This document shows positions 60,253 through 64,000 of a stretch of 64,000 bases of DNA, piece by piece. The stretch's first letter is position 1. The number at the start of each line of letters is the position of its first letter. The position numbers were made by a program, and so were the translations under genes. Source of the DNA: a phage; the sequence record PZ862964.1. One strand, 5' to 3'. Under the pieces are notes generated by a model. It ran no database searches. It saw only the letters and a program-made list of their open reading frames with translations, and was not told the origin of the DNA.

Positions 60253-61671
60253 ATGGCTTTTACAGTTGATATAACTCCTAAAACACCGACAGGGGTTATT
60301 GATGAAACTAAGCAGTTTACTGCTACACCCAGTGGTGAAACTGGAGGCGGAACTATTACATATGCTTGGACTGTAGATGATGCTCCACAAGATGGAGCTG
60401 AAGCAACTTTTGATTATGTATTAAAAGGACCTGCTGGACAAAAGACTATTAAAGTAGTTGCAACAAATACAGTTCCAGAAGCTGAAGCTGAAACAGCAGA
60501 AGCTTCTACAACTATCACAGTTCAAAATAAGACACAAACGACTACCTTAGCTGTAACTCCTAATAGCCCTGACACTGGAGTAATCGGAACATCTATTGAA
60601 TTTACTGCCGCTTTAGCTTCGCAGCCATCGGGCGCAAACGCTACTTATCAATGGTATGTAGATGATTCTCCTGTTGGAGAAGCAACTTCTGCTACATTCA
60701 ATTACACTCCTGCCGAAAGCGGGGTAAAAAGAATTAAGTGTGTGGCTCAAGTAACCGCAACAGATTATGATGCACTAAGCGTTACTTCTAATGAAGTGTC
60801 ACTGACTGTTAATAAAAAGACACAGACAACTACTTTGGCAGTAACTCCCGATAGTCCTTCAGCTGGAGTAATTGGAACCCCAGTTCAATTTACTGCTGCC
60901 TTAGCTTCTCAACCAGTTGGAGCGTCTGCTACGTATCAGTGGTATGTAGATGATTCACAGGTTGGTGGAGAAACTAACTCTACATTTAGCTATACTCCAA
61001 CTACAAGTGGAGTAAAAAGAATTAAATGCGTAGCCCAAGTAACCGCGACAGATTATGATGCAAAGGAAGTTACTTCGAATGAAGTATCATTAACGGTTAA
61101 TAAGAAGACAATGAATCCACAGGTTACATTGACTCCTCCTTCTATTAACGTGCAGCAAGATGCTTTGGCTACATTTACTGCTAATGTCACTGATGCTCCA
61201 GAGGAAGCACAAATCGAATACTCATGGAAGAAAGATTCTTCTCCAGTAGAAGGGTCAACTAATGTATACACTGTTGATACATCATCTATTGGAAGTCAAA
61301 CTATTGAAGTTACTGCAACTGTTACTGCTACTGATTATGATAGCAAAACTATCACAGCAGAAGGTCAAGTTCAGGTAACTGATAAAGTTGCTCCAGAACC
61401 AGAAGGTGAATTGCCTTATGTTCATCCTCTTCCACATCGCACTTCAGCTTACATCTGGTGCGGTTGGTGGGTTATGGATGAAATCCAAAAAATGACCGAA
61501 GAAGGTAAAGATTGGAAAACTGACGATCCAGATAGTAAATACTACCTGCATCGTTACACTCTTCAGAAGATGATGAAAGACTATCCAGAAGTTGATGTCC
61601 AAGAATCGCGTAATGGATACATCATTCATAAAACTGCTTTAGAAACTGGTATCATCTATACCTATCCATAA
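60253..61671 (+). CDS. hoc: outer capsid protein Hoc with an extra tandem Ig-like domain
   Basis: 472-aa ORF MAFTVDITPKTPTGVIDE; two adjacent 96-aa repeats about 81 percent identical; conserved C-terminal region. Confidence 0.85.
   Translation: MAFTVDITPKTPTGVIDETKQFTATPSGETGGGTITYAWTVDDAPQDGAEATFDYVLKGPAGQKTIKVVATNTVPEAEAETAEASTTITVQNKTQTTTLAVTPNSPDTGVIGTSIEFTAALASQPSGANATYQWYVDDSPVGEATSATFNYTPAESGVKRIKCVAQVTATDYDALSVTSNEVSLTVNKKTQTTTLAVTPDSPSAGVIGTPVQFTAALASQPVGASATYQWYVDDSQVGGETNSTFSYTPTTSGVKRIKCVAQVTATDYDAKEVTSNEVSLTVNKKTMNPQVTLTPPSINVQQDALATFTANVTDAPEEAQIEYSWKKDSSPVEGSTNVYTVDTSSIGSQTIEVTATVTATDYDSKTITAEGQVQVTDKVAPEPEGELPYVHPLPHRTSAYIWCGWWVMDEIQKMTEEGKDWKTDDPDSKYYLHRYTLQKMMKDYPEVDVQESRNGYIIHKTALETGIIYTYP
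60529..61104 (+). repeat. tandem 288-bp coding duplication inside hoc
   Basis: Units 60529-60816 and 60817-61104 each encode KTQTTTLAVTP...VKRIKCVAQVTATDYDA..VTSNEVSLTVNK. Confidence 0.85.
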
Positions 61672-61676
61672 TCATA

Positions 61677-61704
61677 AGGGGCTTCGGCCCCTTTCTTCAT
61701 TTTT
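61677..61704 (+). terminator. intrinsic terminator after hoc
   Basis: AGGGGC-TTCG-GCCCCT followed by TTCTTCATTTTT. Confidence 0.65.
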
Positions 61705-61760
61705 AAAGCACGCAAAACACAATCAGAAAATGATGTATATAATGGCACCAACTCGATAAC

Positions 61761-61976
61761 ATGAGATTGATTATGAGAACTGAGGTTGTGGTGTTTACTC
61801 TTCATGAGTCTGGAAAGTCATTCATTGAAATTGCTCGTGAATTAAACTTACAGGCAAAAGAAGTGGCTGTATTATGGGCTCGAGCTATGACTGCTAAGAA
61901 TAAATTTGAAACTCGAGAAAAAGTTGTCTATAGAAAAAGACATATTAATAAAAAGGTGAAAAATGGAACAGTATGA
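61761..61976 (+). CDS. hypothetical protein (71 aa)
   Basis: ORF downstream of hoc terminator; start may be 61773. Confidence 0.45.
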   Translation: MRLIMRTEVVVFTLHESGKSFIEIARELNLQAKEVAVLWARAMTAKNKFETREKVVYRKRHINKKVKNGTV

Positions 61977-62241
61977 TCTTTATGAAAATGAATCTTTTGC
62001 TAATCAATTACGCGAAAAAGCATTCAAAAGTAAACAGTTTAAGCTAGAGTGTTTTATTAAAGATTTTTCGGAACTTGCTAATAAAGCAGCTGAACAGGGT
62101 AAAACACATTTTAATTATTATTGTATTGCTCGTGATAAATTGATTACTGAAGAAATTGGTGATTGGCTGAGAAAAGAAGGATTCAGCTTTAAAGTTAATA
62201 GTGATCAGCGTGATGGTGATTGGTTAGAAATTACATTTTGA
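61963..62241 (+). CDS. hypothetical protein (92 aa)
   Basis: ORF overlapping previous by 14 nt. Confidence 0.5.
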   Translation: MEQYDLYENESFANQLREKAFKSKQFKLECFIKDFSELANKAAEQGKTHFNYYCIARDKLITEEIGDWLRKEGFSFKVNSDQRDGDWLEITF

Positions 62242-62250
62242 GGATTAATT

Positions 62251-63255
62251 ATGTTTAAAAAGTATAGCAGTCTTGAAAATCATTACAACTCTAAATTTAT
62301 TGAAAAACTTTATAGCTTGGGATTGACTGGTGGGGAGTGGGTAGCTCGTGAAAAGATTCACGGCACAAATTTCTCATTGATTATTGAGCGTGATAAAGTA
62401 ACTTGCGCTAAACGTACTGGTCCTATTCTTCCTGCTGAAGATTTCTTTGGGTATGAAATTATTTTAAAGAATTACGCTGATTCCATTAAAGCAGTACAAG
62501 ATATTATGGAAACCTCAGCGGTTGTATCTTATCAAGTCTTTGGCGAATTCGCTGGACCTGGCATTCAGAAGAATGTCGATTATGGTGATAAAGATTTTTA
62601 TGTATTTGACATTATTGTCACTACAGAAAGTGGCGATGTGACTTATGTCGACGATTATATGATGGAATCATTCTGCAATACATTTAAATTTAAAATGGCT
62701 CCACTTTTAGGTCGCGGTAAATTTGAAGAGCTTATTAAATTGCCAAATGATTTAGATTCTGTCGTCCAAGATTATAATTTTACAGTAGACCATGCTGGAT
62801 TAGTTGATGCAAATAAATGCGTTTGGAATGCCGAAGCAAAAGGCGAAGTATTTACCGCTGAAGGATATGTATTGAAACCTTGTTATCCTTCTTGGCTGCC
62901 TAATCGCAATCGTGTAGCGATTAAATGCAAGAATTCCAAATTTAGTGAAAAGAAAAAGTCTGATAAGCCTATTAAAGCTAAAGTTGAACTATCAGAAGCT
63001 GATAACAAATTGGTGGGAATTTTAGCTTGTTACGTTACACTGAACCGGGTAAATAACGTTATTTCTAAAATTGGCGAAATTGGTCCAAAGGATTTTGGAA
63101 AGGTGATGGGGCTAACTGTTCAAGATATTTTGGAAGAAACTTCTCGTGAAGGTATTATTCTAACTCAAGCGGATAATCCTTCTTTGATTAAGAAGGAATT
63201 AGTTAAAATGGTACAAGATGTACTTCGTCCGGCTTGGATTGAATTGGTAAGTTAA
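62251..63255 (+). CDS. rnlB: RNA ligase 2
   Basis: 334-aa ORF with adenylylation motif EKIHGTN; agrees with recalled T4 Rnl2. Confidence 0.9.
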   Translation: MFKKYSSLENHYNSKFIEKLYSLGLTGGEWVAREKIHGTNFSLIIERDKVTCAKRTGPILPAEDFFGYEIILKNYADSIKAVQDIMETSAVVSYQVFGEFAGPGIQKNVDYGDKDFYVFDIIVTTESGDVTYVDDYMMESFCNTFKFKMAPLLGRGKFEELIKLPNDLDSVVQDYNFTVDHAGLVDANKCVWNAEAKGEVFTAEGYVLKPCYPSWLPNRNRVAIKCKNSKFSEKKKSDKPIKAKVELSEADNKLVGILACYVTLNRVNNVISKIGEIGPKDFGKVMGLTVQDILEETSREGIILTQADNPSLIKKELVKMVQDVLRPAWIELVS

Positions 63256-63261
63256 ATAAAA

Positions 63262-63279
63262 AGGGACCTTTCGGTCCCT
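63262..63279. terminator. bidirectional terminator-like hairpin
   Basis: AGGGACC-TTTC-GGTCCCT between convergent rnlB and gene 24. Confidence 0.6.
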
Positions 63280-63284
63280 TTGCT

Positions 63285-64000
63285 TTATTCATCAATAATA
63301 ATTTTTGGTAATTTAACACCTAATAAAACAGACAAATCTGAACGACCTGCCATTTTATCCATGTCTCCACCGTCAATTATTCTTGCTTCTTTTTCATCTT
63401 TTGCTACAGTATAAGGATTTGCTGATAAAGCATATCTAACTAATAAACCGATAGACGGTTGTAAGCTTTCTGGATCAACAACAACTTTAAATGCACCCAC
63501 ATGTTCAGGGTCATCTAAGTCAAGACCTTCTGTATACGGAGCATAGAAAATTGAACCAACAATTTCTTTTTCACCGATATTTTCTACTACGCCAACGATT
63601 ACATAATCTAATGGGCTGTTGGTATCGCAATAAAGCGGTAAACCATTAGCTAAGAACCCGTAGGCATTTTGTGAAAGATATTTATCATCTTCTGGTTTAT
63701 GTTTTAACCAACCTGATGCAGCAAGAATCGCAGCGGCACGAGCTGAAGCAACACAGAACGTTGCTGTATAAGTTGATTCTTTTTGGATATGCGAAACCAT
63801 TTCACATACCATTCGGTATAATGAACGACCAGCTTCAGGAGCAGATGCATAACTCAAATCGATGAATCCACTATCAGTAATTCCTGTAACTTTATAGCGT
63901 TTTGACACTGTAATCAAAGACTGTAGAATATCTTTATTGATTTCATCTGCCATTTCAGTTGCAAGCAAATCTTCCAAGAAATTAGGAGCATCGAATCCAT
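63285..64000 (-). CDS. 24: head vertex protein gp24, 3' portion (5' end outside window)
   Basis: Frame runs from stop at 63285 to the window edge; convergent with rnlB as in T4; identity by synteny. Confidence 0.6.
   Translation of the reverse strand, partial: GFDAPNFLEDLLATEMADEINKDILQSLITVSKRYKVTGITDSGFIDLSYASAPEAGRSLYRMVCEMVSHIQKESTYTATFCVASARAAAILAASGWLKHKPEDDKYLSQNAYGFLANGLPLYCDTNSPLDYVIVGVVENIGEKEIVGSIFYAPYTEGLDLDDPEHVGAFKVVVDPESLQPSIGLLVRYALSANPYTVAKDEKEARIIDGGDMDKMAGRSDLSVLLGVKLPKIIIDE

Overview
This window reads as one contiguous segment of a T-even (T4-like) myovirus genome, in the opposite orientation to the usual T4 map. Gene order: rIIA (3' part)-rIIB-denB-ndd-stp-ac-52-motA-small ORFs-asiA on +; holin t and long tail fibre genes 38-37-36-35-34 on -; rnh-dsbA-33-59-32-frd-td-nrdA-nrdB-denA-rnlA-alc-pseT-cd-31-rIII-small ORFs-DNA ligase-two alt paralogs on +; baseplate genes 54-48-29-28-27-51 on -; 26-25-uvsY on +; uvsW on -; inh-hoc-rnlB on +; 3' part of gene 24 on -. 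Calls rest on ORF length, gene order, catalytic motifs and T4 protein sequences and lengths recalled from memory; no database search was possible, so all homology statements are unverified. Coding density is very high, with T4-style early (GTTTAC ... TACTAT), middle (MotA box) and late (TATAAATA) promoter-like motifs and UUCG-tetraloop hairpins. I found no rRNA, tRNA, CRISPR array or transposon, and no complete, obviously novel multi-gene system. The most unusual content is: (1) a ~410-bp orphan-ORF insertion splitting the frd/td junction; (2) a glycine-rich T2-type gp38 adhesin paired with a gp37 carrying a self-cleaving chaperone-like C-terminus; (3) two tandem Alt-like ADP-ribosyltransferase paralogs; (4) a hoc gene with an extra tandem Ig-like domain; (5) repeated promoter/stem-loop cassettes, two of which show compensatory base changes in a hairpin that would sequester the ribosome-binding site; (6) many small uncharacterised ORFs, including tiny hydrophobic peptides.
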